A DNA stretch of 64,000 nucleotides from Scyliorhinus canicula (lineage: Eukaryota): contig NC_052154.1 of assembly GCF_902713615.1 (NCBI RefSeq), positions 175,283,988 to 175,347,987 on the forward strand. The letters run 5' to 3'. The notes below the pieces were generated by a model that did no database searches, was not told where the DNA came from, and saw only the letters and a program-made list of their open reading frames with translations. Positions 1 through 11,313 of this stretch are shown one piece after another; within the stretch, counting starts at the first letter, position 1; every line of letters starts with the position of its first letter. Position numbers and translations under genes: made by a program.

Positions 1-480
1 AATTGGAAAAAAAATGGAATTGGGTACTTAACAAAGATTTAAAAAACATACATAACATTCCACATATCACACTAACCATAAATCAACAAGGAACAGGCAT
101 GTTGCCATGCACACACAAGTAGCTTTCCGCGAAAGAATATTGGTACAAACAGTTCATTTCCATAAAGAGAACCAAACACCTGATTGTATCCACACACACA
201 CACACACAGGTTGTCAACAGAATGGAGGATCCTTTCTGTGCGGTCATTTTACGTATCAGTCTCTGCCCATGAGCTTCCATTGTACCGGCCTTCTTATACG
301 GCCTAACTACATTGGAACCAAAGCTCGGTGCCCGCATGTTCCACTGACGTTCAAGGTGCAGTAAAACAGCCCCGACGTCCAGCATGTTTGACTCATGACA
401 AAGTGTTAGTCGACATGTAGTACTAACTACACTCACAATACAATTATCAGCAATCTGCAAAAAGTAACACCTTCATCAAG

Positions 481-860
481 TTGCTCATTCGGATCAATTC
501 GCCCCTATCTCTTCCTCCAGCAGCTCCCAGCAGTGGAAACTCGCACCGAACCAGAGCACACCAGAAGAGAGAAACACCTCCCCGTTCCCATTCTCCAGCC
601 CAGCAGGAGGTCATCTTACCATCCTTCCTTTCCTTACTCCAGGCCACAAAAGCAAAGAGGCGGCAGCAAATAAACACACAGCCTCCAGGCACCTGCAGCT
701 GCAAGCAGCAAACACCACTCATTCGGATCAGTCTGCCCCTCTCTCCCCCTCGTGCAGCTCCCAGCAGGAGCCTTATCAGCAATGTAAAGTCGCAGCAACC
801 CAGAGCACGCCAGAAGAAAGAAAGAGCTCCTATTCTCCTTCTCCAACCCAAGCAATAGGT
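481..860. repeat. Imperfect direct duplication of about 110 bp, spaced about 235-250 bp
   Basis: ctcattcggatca...gcccct...gcagctcccagcag...ccagagcac.ccagaaga occurs at about 484-590 and again at about 718-830. Confidence 0.75.
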
Positions 861-1068
861 CAGCTTCAATCTTTGGCATGCCCAGATCAGTGCCGGGCAT
901 AACGGTGTGGTTAAATCACACCCATTGTCTAAGTTGCAAAGTGGAATGTGCCAACAAAGATTTGTTAAAAATATTTAACGGCCAAGTTATTCAGTTAAAT
1001 CTTTGCAAATTTAAATACCCAGAGGATTATCTGCAGGTCCTTTTTCATGGACTCCCTACACTTCACAA

Positions 1069-1334
1069 GCAGGCCATTCGGCTCAGTGAGTCTGCAACCC
1101 ACCTGGGCCCAATCCCCTATCCCCATAACCCCACCCATGGGCAATTTATCATGGCCAACCCACCTAACCTGCACATCTTTGGACTGTGGGAGGAAACCTG
1201 AGCACCCGGAGGAAACCCACGCGGACACGGAGGGAAAGTGCAAATTCCACACACAGTCACCTAAGGTCGGAATTGAACGCGGGTCCCTGGAGTTATGAGG
1301 CAGCAGTGCTAATCACTGTGCCACCGTGTTGCCC
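1069..1334 (-). mobile_element. tRNA-derived V-SINE (HE1-like)
   Basis: Reverse complement has a tRNA-like head with A and B boxes, the core GGTTTCCTCCGGGTGCTC..GGTTTCCTCCCACAGTCCAAAGATGTG and a CR1-like tail. Confidence 0.85.
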
Positions 1335-1604
1335 GTACTGCTGTGATGTGTGAGTTTTGGACTGCAGTCTTTGCCAATAATATTAAAAATAAGACTAATA
1401 TAAAAGGCACTTTTTTTTAACAAATGCACAACTAGAACAAGTCAGGAATTGGTTTAAAAATCTTCATCCTTATCTGTTCAATCGAAATGGGCATTCATCG
1501 TTTAAATGGGATTTATTGTAAATACACCTCTCCGTATTGAGAAACACTGCGAAGCTAAAGCAACCCACAAGATGGCAGTATCTTACATGTCTACAACCAA
1601 AGGA

Positions 1605-1803
1605 CAGTAAGAGGTATGACAACACCAGGTTAAAGTCCAACAGGTTTATTTGGAATCACTAGCTTTCGGAGCGAGTGAGGTGAGTGATGAAGGAGCTACG
1701 CTCTGAAAGCTCATGATTCCCAATAAACCTGTTGGACTTTAACCTGGTGTTGTAAGACTTCTTACTGAGCCCACCCAGTCCAACGCCGGCATCTCCACAT
1801 CAT
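1605..1803. mobile_element. Penelope-derived non-autonomous inverted-repeat element with 13-bp TSD
   Basis: 55-bp inverted arms at 1619-1673 and 1699-1753. Arms match the Penelope end at 15851-15935. TACAACCAAAGGA is duplicated at 1592-1604 and 1804-1816. Confidence 0.85.
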
Positions 1804-1878
1804 TACAACCAAAGGAGATAGAGAACCCTGGTAAATGAAAAGAAGGTTTACTGGTGGTGGAGGGTAATTCATTCAAAA

Positions 1879-2187
1879 GTTAGCACTGCTGCCTCACAGT
1901 GCCAGGGACCTGGATTCAATTCCAGCCTCGGGTGACTGTCTGTGTGGAGTTTGGACTTTTTCCCTGTGTCTGCATGGATTTCCTCCAGCTGCTCCGGTTT
2001 CCTCCCACAGTCCAGAGAAGCGGTTGATTGGCCATGGTAAATTGTCCCTTAGTGTCCAAAAGATTTGGTGAGGTTTACTGAGTTATGGAGATAGGGTTGG
2101 GGCGTGGGCCTAGGTAGGGTACTCTTTCCAAGGATCAGTGCAGACTCGATGGACCGAATGGCCTCCTTCTGCACTATGGAGATTCTA
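1879..2187 (+). mobile_element. V-SINE (HE1-like)
   Basis: GTTAGCACTGCTGCCTCACAG head through GAATGGCCTCCTTCTGCAC...GATTCTA tail. Confidence 0.85.
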
Positions 2188-2364
2188 TTAAAGCAATGGG
2201 TGATAAATATCAATGATAAAATCTAACAGTCAAGATATATTCATCAATTAGATTAGACACATAATAGAAGAAAGTAATGAAAAAGAAAAAAATGAAGAAC
2301 TTAAATAAGATTAAATTGTAAAATGACAATCAAGATTGCGAAAGCTACATGAAGCATCGCTAAT

Positions 2365-2692
2365 TGAATAACGGAGAGAATGCCGCACAGAGTAACATTC
2401 CTGTCGAGGAGTTGTGGTTCAGTGTGATTCTTGATTTCGGGGTGATCTGTGACAGCGGCAGGCCACCGCACCAGCTGCTGCAGGGGTAGCAACAGAAGAG
2501 GTAGAGAGAGTTCCTGTTATTTTGCAGTCAACCTCATGGTTTGGAACAGATGGGAGCCTCTCTGAAAAAACACATTCTGTGAGAGAGGGGGGTCAAACAT
2601 AGAGACTGCCACTGCTGTCAATGCTTGTTGTACAATGACTGGTTTAAAGTGTGGAGCTACTTTCGGAGCTTTGTAACATTGGTCCTGTAAGT
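2365..2692 (+). promoter_or_regulatory. Candidate RAG1 promoter and non-coding exon 1
   Basis: Unique non-repeat block with MYB-type TAACGG (2369), RUNX TGTGGTT (2413), E-boxes CAGCTG (2472) and CAGATG (2547), and a GTAAGT donor at 2687. An alternative donor GAG|GTAAGT lies at 2857. Confidence 0.4.
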
Positions 2693-3139
2693 TTATCAAT
2701 CCTGTATAGTCGAATGCGCCTGTAGATCTTGCGTTTGTTATATGAGATAAGCATAATGTATGCGATTAAATGGAGAAATAATAAGTTGAGCAAGAAACAT
2801 CGCGTTGTTTTAATTGATTTTATATTTTAAAGTTTTTTTAATTTAAATGTTTTGAGGTAAGTGATGGTAGATAAATATGCATCATAAAGGTTATTTTCAA
2901 GTCCTTTAATTGGCAGCAGCTTTTTTACCTGTTGTGCTGGACATAAAGTGATATTGTGGTTTTATTAGATTTTACATTTGAAGGAGCACTAAGTTAGATT
3001 ATGGAGAGATGGTGTGAAACACCTCATAGAAGCTGCAAAATTGATCATTTTTATGGAACAGTGGGGATTAATTTGCTTAGAATTTACCTCAGATTATTAT
3101 TTTGTGGAGAAAACAATCAGTTTGTTCTCCACTCAATTT

Positions 3140-3520
3140 GTTTTTTAAATTTTTTTCATGAGATGTGGGCACCACCAGTGTTTATTGCCCATCCCTAAAT
3201 ACCCGTGCACTCGATACCTTGATGGGCCATTTTAAAAGGCATTTAATAGTCAGTCACATTGCCGCGGGTCTGGAGTCACGTGTTGGTCAGACCGGGTATG
3301 GATGGCAGATTTCCTTCCCCAAAGGACATTAGTGAACCAGATGGGATTTTGTTTTCATTTTATAACAGTCAGTGATAGTTTGAGACTGGCTTTATATTCC
3401 AGATTTCTGAATTGAATTTAAATTCCATCAGCTGCCGTGGTGGGATTTGAACCCATGTCCTCAGAGCTTAGTTTGGACTGCTGGATTTTGGGTCCAAGCA
3501 ACATTGCGGCTACATCCCCG
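3140..3520 (-). mobile_element. Second tRNA-derived SINE family
   Basis: B-box GGGTTCAAATCCC on - near 3442-3454. Body and tail are shared with fragments at about 11820-12000 and 43200-43490. Confidence 0.6.
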
Positions 3521-4309
3521 CCTTCCCCAACACTCACTTCTACTGAGATTTCTTATGCGATAGTATGAATGTACTTTAGTATTAACATTAGTGAGATATG
3601 TTTGTTTTTGGTGTATTAAGTTTTTAACAAGCCCATCCCCATTAACCTCTAAACAAGTGATTGGATTTGGTTGTGAAAGTTTTGAATGTGAGTAATTTTA
3701 AAAAAACAGGAAAAATTGTAATAACCGACATTATCTGTTACCGGGCCTGGAAAATGCCAAATATGTGTTCAAAAATGATCACTGCAGGACCTTTGTTCTT
3801 TGGTTTCATTAGGTCAAGTGTTATGAAGAGCATTAAAAAAATTAAGCTGTGCTCTACTGGTTCTGTCAGCCCAGGTTGTTCAACTGTATCATCTGAAAGC
3901 TTTTAGAACATAGAACATACAGTGCAGGAGGAGGCCATTTGGCCCATCGAGTCTGCACCGACCCACTTAAGCCCTCACTTCCACCCTATCCCCGCAACCC
4001 AATAACCCCTCCTAATAACCTTTCTCGTTCAGTAAGCTGGTTAATATCTGAGCAGAATCTGCTGTTTTATCAATGACTCTTATTAATCTCAAGCAACGTT
4101 TCCTTGAGTGTGAGACCATAAGACCATAGGAGCGTGAAAGTAGACCATTCGGCCCATCGAGTCTACTCTGCCATTCAATCATGGTGGCATCATTTGTCTA
4201 CTTTCACAAGATATAAATTCACATGAAAAAATTGACACATTGCAGACAACATAAGACTCGTATAGGCACGGAATAGGAATCAAAATATACATAAATGAAG
4301 TGTATTAGT

Positions 4310-4609
4310 TAGAATCCTAGAGTGCAGAAGAAGGCCATTGGGCCCATTGAGTCTGCACCAACCCTTTGAAAGACTCCCTTACCTAGGCCCAATCTCCCCC
4401 CCCATATTCCTGCAACCCCACCCTAATGGGCAATTTAGCATGGCCAATCCACCTAACCTGCACATCTTTAGATTGTGGGAGGAAATCTGAGCACCTGGAG
4501 GAACCCCACACAGACACGGGGAGAACGTACGAACTCCACATAGACAGTCACCCGAGGTTCCCTGGCACTGCGAGGCAGCAGTGCTAACCGCTGTGCCTTG
4601 GTGCCGCCC
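4310..4609 (-). mobile_element. V-SINE (HE1-like); tail-only fragment also at about 3903-4025
   Basis: Same consensus as 1069-1334. Confidence 0.85.
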
Positions 4610-5077
4610 ACATTATTATTACTAAAGAATAAGATTCTGTGTCTTTAATCATGAAAAGATCTCAGGGATAATGGGAGAGACTTCAAATTGATATTGTTCT
4701 TCCAAATTTGAAGTCACCCTAACCTGAGGGGAAATATTTTACCTCAGTCTGACAACTGACATTTTGTGTCAATTTAAGATTAATTTCCACAAACCTTTGG
4801 TTTTCGTACTTTTGTTGAACATTCAAGTCAGCAGGAGCCTCTTTTGTGTAACATATCATTTATATTGTCCGCATATACCACTGATAAAAGATCATTGATT
4901 AAAATAGGCGGTAGTGATGTCTGTTCCGTTTGCGCTAAGTGATTGCAGCCAGTTCTGCTTTGTATTCTCAGATACTGAAATTGGTTGAAACTATTTGGTC
5001 ATGTGAAAATAAATACAGATTGGTTAGGTCTGTTGTCGTGTTGTAACTTTTATCTATTTCTATGTATTTATAAATAA

Positions 5078-5270
5078 GTGGTGTGGCGCAGTGGTGCAGT
5101 GGTTAGCACTGCTCCCTTGTGAGCCAAGGACCCGGGTTCGATCCCAGCCCCGGGTCGCAGTCCGTGTGGAGTTTGCATAGTCTCCCCGCCCCCACAACCC
5201 AAAAAGATGTGCAGGGTAGGTGGATTGGCCCCGCTAAATTGCCCCTTAATTGAAAAAAATATTTTAATAA
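5078..5270 (+). mobile_element. Short V-SINE subfamily with AATTGGAAAAA tail; a tail of the same type is at 1-46
   Basis: GGTGCAGTGGTTAGCAC A-box, GGTTCGATCCC B-box, GCTAAATTGCCCCTTAATTG end. Confidence 0.8.
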
Positions 5271-5776
5271 ACAAATAAAAAGTATTTCTGAATAAGAAAA
5301 CGTGAACTGTGGAATCATGAGAATCTTAAATAATAACCTGATATTAATTGGCAATATTCTTCTATTTTTTTCTGCCTTGGTTAAAATATATGCTTTTCAT
5401 CATCAAAGATGGTCGGCTTAACTTTAATCTAACCCACCCAGTGGGTAAAGGGGTTGGTTGTCTGTCTTATTCCCTGCCCAAATTCATTCTTTATTTAGTG
5501 TGAAGTAAGTAGCTTACTCGACCCTGCCAGATTCCCACCAGACAGGTCAGTTTAACTTTAGCCCATTGATATTGGATGTAATGGACTTTTATTGAACGGA
5601 ATCAAAATCTCAACATTTGTGTTGCAAAATGGAGCTCTCTGAATAATGAATGATTAGAATTTGGCAGTTGTACATTGACATTGAATATAAAGCTATGTCA
5701 CTCACGGAGGTACTGAATTGTAATCATGTTTTAATCAATAATCACTTTTTATATCTCTGCTAGGTGCCAACCTTCA

Positions 5777-8700
5777 ATGGAAATGGAGATGCCTCTGCAA
5801 ATGATACCTGGCAGTTTTCGCCATGCAGAAATCACGTCTTTCAGAAATTTCAAAAAGGAAACCATACTTTCAATGGAAAAACTTTATGAGGCAGAGACTG
5901 TTGCACCAGCCAATGGCCACTTGCGGCAGTCCTCAATCTCTCAAACCAAACCAGTGGGAGCTGTGTCTTTGGAAACACTGCCTCTGGATAAGAAGACTTT
6001 GGAAGAAAAGTTCCTGGAACACATGCCTTTAGAGGCCAACCCACCAAAAAACAAGTTCTGTGAATTTACCCAAACGGAGGCAAAATCTTTGGAGGAACAT
6101 ATATTACGGTTACAAAACCTTTGTCGTATATGTGGCGCTTCTTTCAACACCACCAGCTATGACATGAAATACCCAGTTAGTGGCCCTGTGGATGGTGTCA
6201 CACAAGAGGTGCTGAGGAAAATGGGACATGGTGACTGTTTTTGGCCGGAGCTCATTCGTAACGCTTTTAGAATTGACGTCAAGACAGATACAGAAGCCAG
6301 ACAGCCCACCCACTTTTGCTACAACTGCTGGCGGGTTGTCATTCAGACTATCAACAACACGACAAATGAAGATGCCTTCTTTCCCATCACCACAATCGTG
6401 GAGTGGAAGCCACATTCCAATCTTTGCAGCATTTGCAATTTTTCAAGGAGGACTTGCAAACGAAAAGGCTTCAGGCGAAATCCACCAGTCACAAAGAAGC
6501 CCAAAGTAGCAATTGACCCTCCAATCAGACCAAGGGTCATTAAAAGGAAAGATCAAATAAATAGCACAAGTATTTTGTTGGCTAAAAAGATTGTCAACTG
6601 CAAGAAGATCCACCTAAATTCCAAACTCCTCGTACTTGATTATCCCAACAATTTCATCCAGTCAGTGTCCTGTCAGGTTTGTGAGCACTTACTTGCTGAC
6701 CCTGTACAAACACCCTGCAGGCACCTTTTCTGTCGAACATGTATCCTCAAATGTACCGCCGTCCTGGGCAAGTATTGCCCGGTTTGTAGGTTTCCTTGTG
6801 GCCCTGCAGATTTCCGAAGCCCAATTAAATCCTTTATAAATGTCCTGAATTCCCTGGTTTTAAGATGTCCAGTGACAGACTGCGAAGTAGAGGTGAGGCT
6901 CGGTGAATATTCTACCCATGCCCTGGACCACAAAGAAAGAAGAGTGAAGCACGCTTACTCGCCGGTGAACAAGGGTGGTCGACCAAGACAGCATTTGCTC
7001 TCTTTAACCCGACGAGCGCAAAAACACCGTCTGCGAGATCTCAAACTTCAGGTGAAGTCCTTTGCAGACCAAGAGGAAGGCGGCGATGTGAAGTCGGTAT
7101 GCCTCACTCTATTGTTGCTGGCACTTAGAGCTGGGAACGAGCACAGGCAAGCAGATGAGCTTGAAGCTGTCATGCAGGGTCGGGGATCAGAACTGAAGCC
7201 AGCAGTCTGCCTTGCCATTAGAATTAATACATTTCTCAGTTGCAGTCAGTATCATAAAATGTATAAGACAGTCAAAGCTATCACTGGGAAGCAAATCTTC
7301 CAGCCATTGCACGCACTCCGAAATGCAGAGAAGATGTTATTGCCGGGTTATTATTCATTTGAATGGCAACCTCCTCTAACAAATGTCTCCACGAACACAG
7401 AAGTGGGAATAATAGATGGCCTGAGTGGCTGGGCCCCGTGCGTTGATGATTACCCAATGGACGTCATTTCGAGACGGTTTAGGTATGATGTGGCGCTGGC
7501 TTCAGCTGTGAAGGAGATGGAGGACGATATTTTGGAAGGTTTAAAATGCCAAAATGTCGATGAGTTTGTGAGTGGACCATTTACTGTTGTCATCAAGGAA
7601 TCTTGCGACGGAATGGGGGATGTCAGTGAAAAACACGGATGCGGTCCAGCAGTTCCGGAGAAGGCCGTGAGGTATTCCTTTACCATCATGAGTATAAGTG
7701 TGATGAATGAAAACGATGAAAAAGTGAAGGTCTTTGAAGAGCTAAAGCCAAATTCGGAGTTGTGCTGCAAACCACTTTGCCTGATGTTGGCGGATGAATC
7801 TGACCATGAAACGCTGACAGCCATACTGGGCCCAGTAATTGCGGAAAGAGAAGCAATGAAGACCAGCGATTTAATACTGGAAATTGGAGATTTGCACCGA
7901 TCTTTCCAGTTTATCTTTCGAGGCACGGGATACGATGAGAAGCTTGTACGGGAGGTGGAGGGCCTTGAAGCCTCAGGTTCCATCTATGTCTGCACGCTTT
8001 GTGATTCCACGCGAAGTGCGGCCTCAGAGAACATGGTTCTTCATTCCGTAACAAGGAACCATGAAGAGAACTTGGAACGCTATGAAATCTGGCGTTCAAA
8101 TCCATATAACGAGACAGCCGATGAGTTACGTGATAGGGTGAAAGGGATTTCAGCAAAACCCTTCATAGAAACTCAGCCCTCCATAGATGCCTTGCATTGT
8201 GACATTGGAAATGCGACAGAATTCTACAAACTTTTCCAAGGTGAGATTGGGGAGCTATACAAAAATCCCAAATTGCCTAAAGAGGAAAGAAAAAGGTGGC
8301 AAGTAATGCTCGATAAACAGTTAAGACAAAAGATGAACTTGAAACCCATCATGAGATTAAATGGAAACTTTGCAAGAAAACTAATGACAAAAGAGACGGT
8401 AGAAGCCGTGTGTGAATTGATTCCATCTGAAGAAAGGAGAGAGATTCTCAGAGAGTTAATGCACCTTTATCTACTCATGAAACCAGTGTGGCGCTGCACA
8501 TTTCCAGCAAGGGAATGCCCAGATCTTCTTTGTCAGTACAGCTTTAATTCCCAGCGATTTGCAGAACTGCTTCGTACAGAGTTCAAGTACAGGTATGAAC
8601 GGAAGATCACCAACTACCTGCACAAGACTTTGGCTCACGTCCCTGAGCTCATTGAGAGAGATGGTTCCATAGGCGCATGGGCGAGTGAAGGCAATGAATC

Positions 8701-8989
8701 AGGCAACAAACTTTTTCGGCGTTTTAGGAAGATGAACGCAAGGCAGTCCAAAAGTTATGAACTGGAAGATATCCTGAAGCATCATTGGCTGTACACGTCA
8801 AAATATTTACAGAGATTCATGGATGTGAGCAATATGTTAAAGTTTAGAAATGCACCTGTTCCAGATGCAATGATCAGCCAGGGTAATACAATAGCACAAA
8901 GTAATACAATACCTGATGGTCCAATACCTGAAGATGATACAATAGCTGAAGATGATACAATAGCTCAAGATGATTCCTTTAATTTTTAA
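5777..8989 (+). CDS. RAG1: V(D)J recombination-activating protein 1, intact and intronless CDS
   Basis: 1070-aa ORF. C3HC4 RING (CQVCEH...CRHLFCRTC...CPVC), nonamer-binding GGRPRQH, catalytic ESCD(611)G, GYD(720)E and GNE(974)S, and KPIMR(860)LNG. A polypyrimidine tract and TAG acceptor end at 5763, 13 nt before the ATG, so an upstream non-coding exon exists. Confidence 0.99.
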   Translation: MEMEMPLQMIPGSFRHAEITSFRNFKKETILSMEKLYEAETVAPANGHLRQSSISQTKPVGAVSLETLPLDKKTLEEKFLEHMPLEANPPKNKFCEFTQTEAKSLEEHILRLQNLCRICGASFNTTSYDMKYPVSGPVDGVTQEVLRKMGHGDCFWPELIRNAFRIDVKTDTEARQPTHFCYNCWRVVIQTINNTTNEDAFFPITTIVEWKPHSNLCSICNFSRRTCKRKGFRRNPPVTKKPKVAIDPPIRPRVIKRKDQINSTSILLAKKIVNCKKIHLNSKLLVLDYPNNFIQSVSCQVCEHLLADPVQTPCRHLFCRTCILKCTAVLGKYCPVCRFPCGPADFRSPIKSFINVLNSLVLRCPVTDCEVEVRLGEYSTHALDHKERRVKHAYSPVNKGGRPRQHLLSLTRRAQKHRLRDLKLQVKSFADQEEGGDVKSVCLTLLLLALRAGNEHRQADELEAVMQGRGSELKPAVCLAIRINTFLSCSQYHKMYKTVKAITGKQIFQPLHALRNAEKMLLPGYYSFEWQPPLTNVSTNTEVGIIDGLSGWAPCVDDYPMDVISRRFRYDVALASAVKEMEDDILEGLKCQNVDEFVSGPFTVVIKESCDGMGDVSEKHGCGPAVPEKAVRYSFTIMSISVMNENDEKVKVFEELKPNSELCCKPLCLMLADESDHETLTAILGPVIAEREAMKTSDLILEIGDLHRSFQFIFRGTGYDEKLVREVEGLEASGSIYVCTLCDSTRSAASENMVLHSVTRNHEENLERYEIWRSNPYNETADELRDRVKGISAKPFIETQPSIDALHCDIGNATEFYKLFQGEIGELYKNPKLPKEERKRWQVMLDKQLRQKMNLKPIMRLNGNFARKLMTKETVEAVCELIPSEERREILRELMHLYLLMKPVWRCTFPARECPDLLCQYSFNSQRFAELLRTEFKYRYERKITNYLHKTLAHVPELIERDGSIGAWASEGNESGNKLFRRFRKMNARQSKSYELEDILKHHWLYTSKYLQRFMDVSNMLKFRNAPVPDAMISQGNTIAQSNTIPDGPIPEDDTIAEDDTIAQDDSFNF

Positions 8990-11030
8990 GCTGAATTTAT
9001 TGGATCTGAAATTGGGTTCTAAGTATCTTTGACCTACTGGAGACTGTGAACAGTCTGTACAATGTGGGTAGTTGAGCTAATCATCGTCAAACTTGGTATG
9101 CAAAGTTGATGTTGGTGAAAAGGTTCCAACACTGTTGTTGAAAGACTATGGTCAGTGCGGTGTTGGGCGGCTCAGTGACAAATATATGTGTTGACAATAG
9201 CCCGAATAAAAAGTGTTCACAAGTAAGTGAACCTTTCTATAATATTAGGAACATGTTAGATATTCACAAAAATCAGAAATGTTGGTTAGATTTGGCACTT
9301 AAACACGAAAGAAACGTGGGTAAGATAGTAATATTAACATTTTACCAAATGAAGGAGTGGTTAATATTTTCTGAGTTCAAACTTTTTAAAAGCGGGTTTA
9401 ATATGGAAAGGGGAATGTTGATGATGCTCAGTTCCAATTGATGCACATCACTCAATCTTTGCACTGATTTTCTATATTCCCATCCAGCTATCTATTGATT
9501 TATTTTGGCAAATACTGCAGTAATGCCGAAGATTAAATATAAAATTATTTTTAAAATTAGACTGGTAGGTAAACAGAAGCAAGTGATTCCAATGCTACTT
9601 CACAGAAGTCTTTTTTTTTTACAGTGAGGTTTGGAATAAGTTACTCCGCTCCTATATGGTATCAATTAATTTGATTTGATTCATTGATAATTACGACTGG
9701 GTTGTCTATGTCGCTCGTTTAGCCAGGCCAGAAGATTGACTGTTTTGTGAGGATAGGAGCATCGTTAATCCTGCTCCACACCACATCCAGCTGTAAGAAG
9801 GCAGCTTTGCACAGTCATTAAGCTGAAGAGGCATAGTTGCTGCGCTTTCCTTAACTAGAAGTTAATTGTTCTTAGAGAGATCCTCAGCTCAAATGCTGGT
9901 TTTTTTTGGATTTTATATTTTTAGAAACTTATTTGTGAAATCAGTTGGAAGATATTTTCTGTTTTGGCAGGAAACATTTTTTGTACATTGGGAATTATTA
10001 GCTTGCCTTCGTTTTATATGATTTATCCTCTTACTGTACATACAGTAGCCTCCCAATGGTTAGGCATTTTTACTTGGTAGCAATAAATACATCAAGAAAT
10101 TGTGCAAATGCTTCTTAAAGCAAATTAACATTTATTGGAAGAATAAACTATATGTAAAACATTTCAAATTGGTATGTGTTGCATTAGTTATTTGGGCATT
10201 AAACAGGCATAAAGTTTGCATTTGTACAGGCACTGATCTGACTGCTAACTTCATGGAGACCATTTTCTTTTAGGAATCCTGCTCGATTGTGCAAGTTAGG
10301 GACCTAATGCCTCTAAAGGACCCCTTTGAAAAATGAATGGTTAATGTCTGCCTTATTCAAGACTTTTCAGCCACCACTACATCCTCCAAAGGTATTTAAA
10401 ATGTTGTTTTTAAAAAGACATCCTGGGGATCCAGCTGGAGCAGTAATATTCCTACAACTCCACTGGAGACCTTTTCCCTGTAGTTTAACCTTTCTCCCGG
10501 GACTTAGCTTTGCAATTGATCCCTCTAATTGTGCGAGATGTGGAAGCATGAACAACACTGACAGCTTCCCATCGTGAATCAGATGAGACCTGGGAGCTAA
10601 TTTCATTTCCTTGCTTTCCTTGAAATGGGCTTAAACATATTAATTCCCATTTGTTTCGATAAATTACTTTTTTTTACAATTTATCATTTATTTCTTGTAT
10701 GAATCACACTTCATTCTGATCATAGTTCCCGTATCCAAGTCAGATGTCACAATTTAAAGGTCAGATGGTAATGTAAAAGCAACCTTATGGGAGAGCTGCG
10801 AGGATTATTGATATACAGGGTATATATATCGCTGGTGGAACCCATGTATTAAATGTGAACATTTTGTCACATTTTACGTGTCTATTACATTGTAACCATG
10901 GGGCCATTGTCATTTAAAAAAAAACAATTAATACTTTTCTTTTGGTGACAAAGTTTCTAGTTATTGAAGCTTGAGATGACCTTTTATCGGTTTTCTGCAG
11001 AGACACAATGAAAGCTTGGCGATATATATA

Positions 11031-11313
11031 ATAATCTTTATTGTCACAAGTAGGCTTACATTAATACTGCAATGAAGTTACTGTGAAAAGTCCCTATTCG
11101 CCACATTCCGGCGCCTGTGCGGGTATACGGAGGGAGAATTCAGAATGTCCAAATTACCTAACAGCACGTCTTTCGGGACTTGTGGGAGGAAACCGGAGCA
11201 CCCGGAGGACACCCACGCAGTCACAGGGAGAACGTGCAGACTCCGCACAGACAGTGATCCAAGCCTGGAATCGAACCTGGACCCTGGAGCAGTGACGAAA
11301 TAGTGCTAATTGC
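11031..11313 (-). mobile_element. V-SINE subfamily with an alternative tail (GTGACAATAAAGATTATT)
   Basis: Same core as the other V-SINEs with a different 3' tail. Sister copies at 37466-37768 and 46527-46836. Confidence 0.8.

Noticed and set aside
5823-6032. Alternative-frame peptide [11 protein letters not shown] resembling the RAG1 WKFKLF motif, suggesting a frameshift
   Set aside because: The main frame aligns without gaps (S..FK..SMEK) and the alternative frame ends in a stop. Treated as coincidence.
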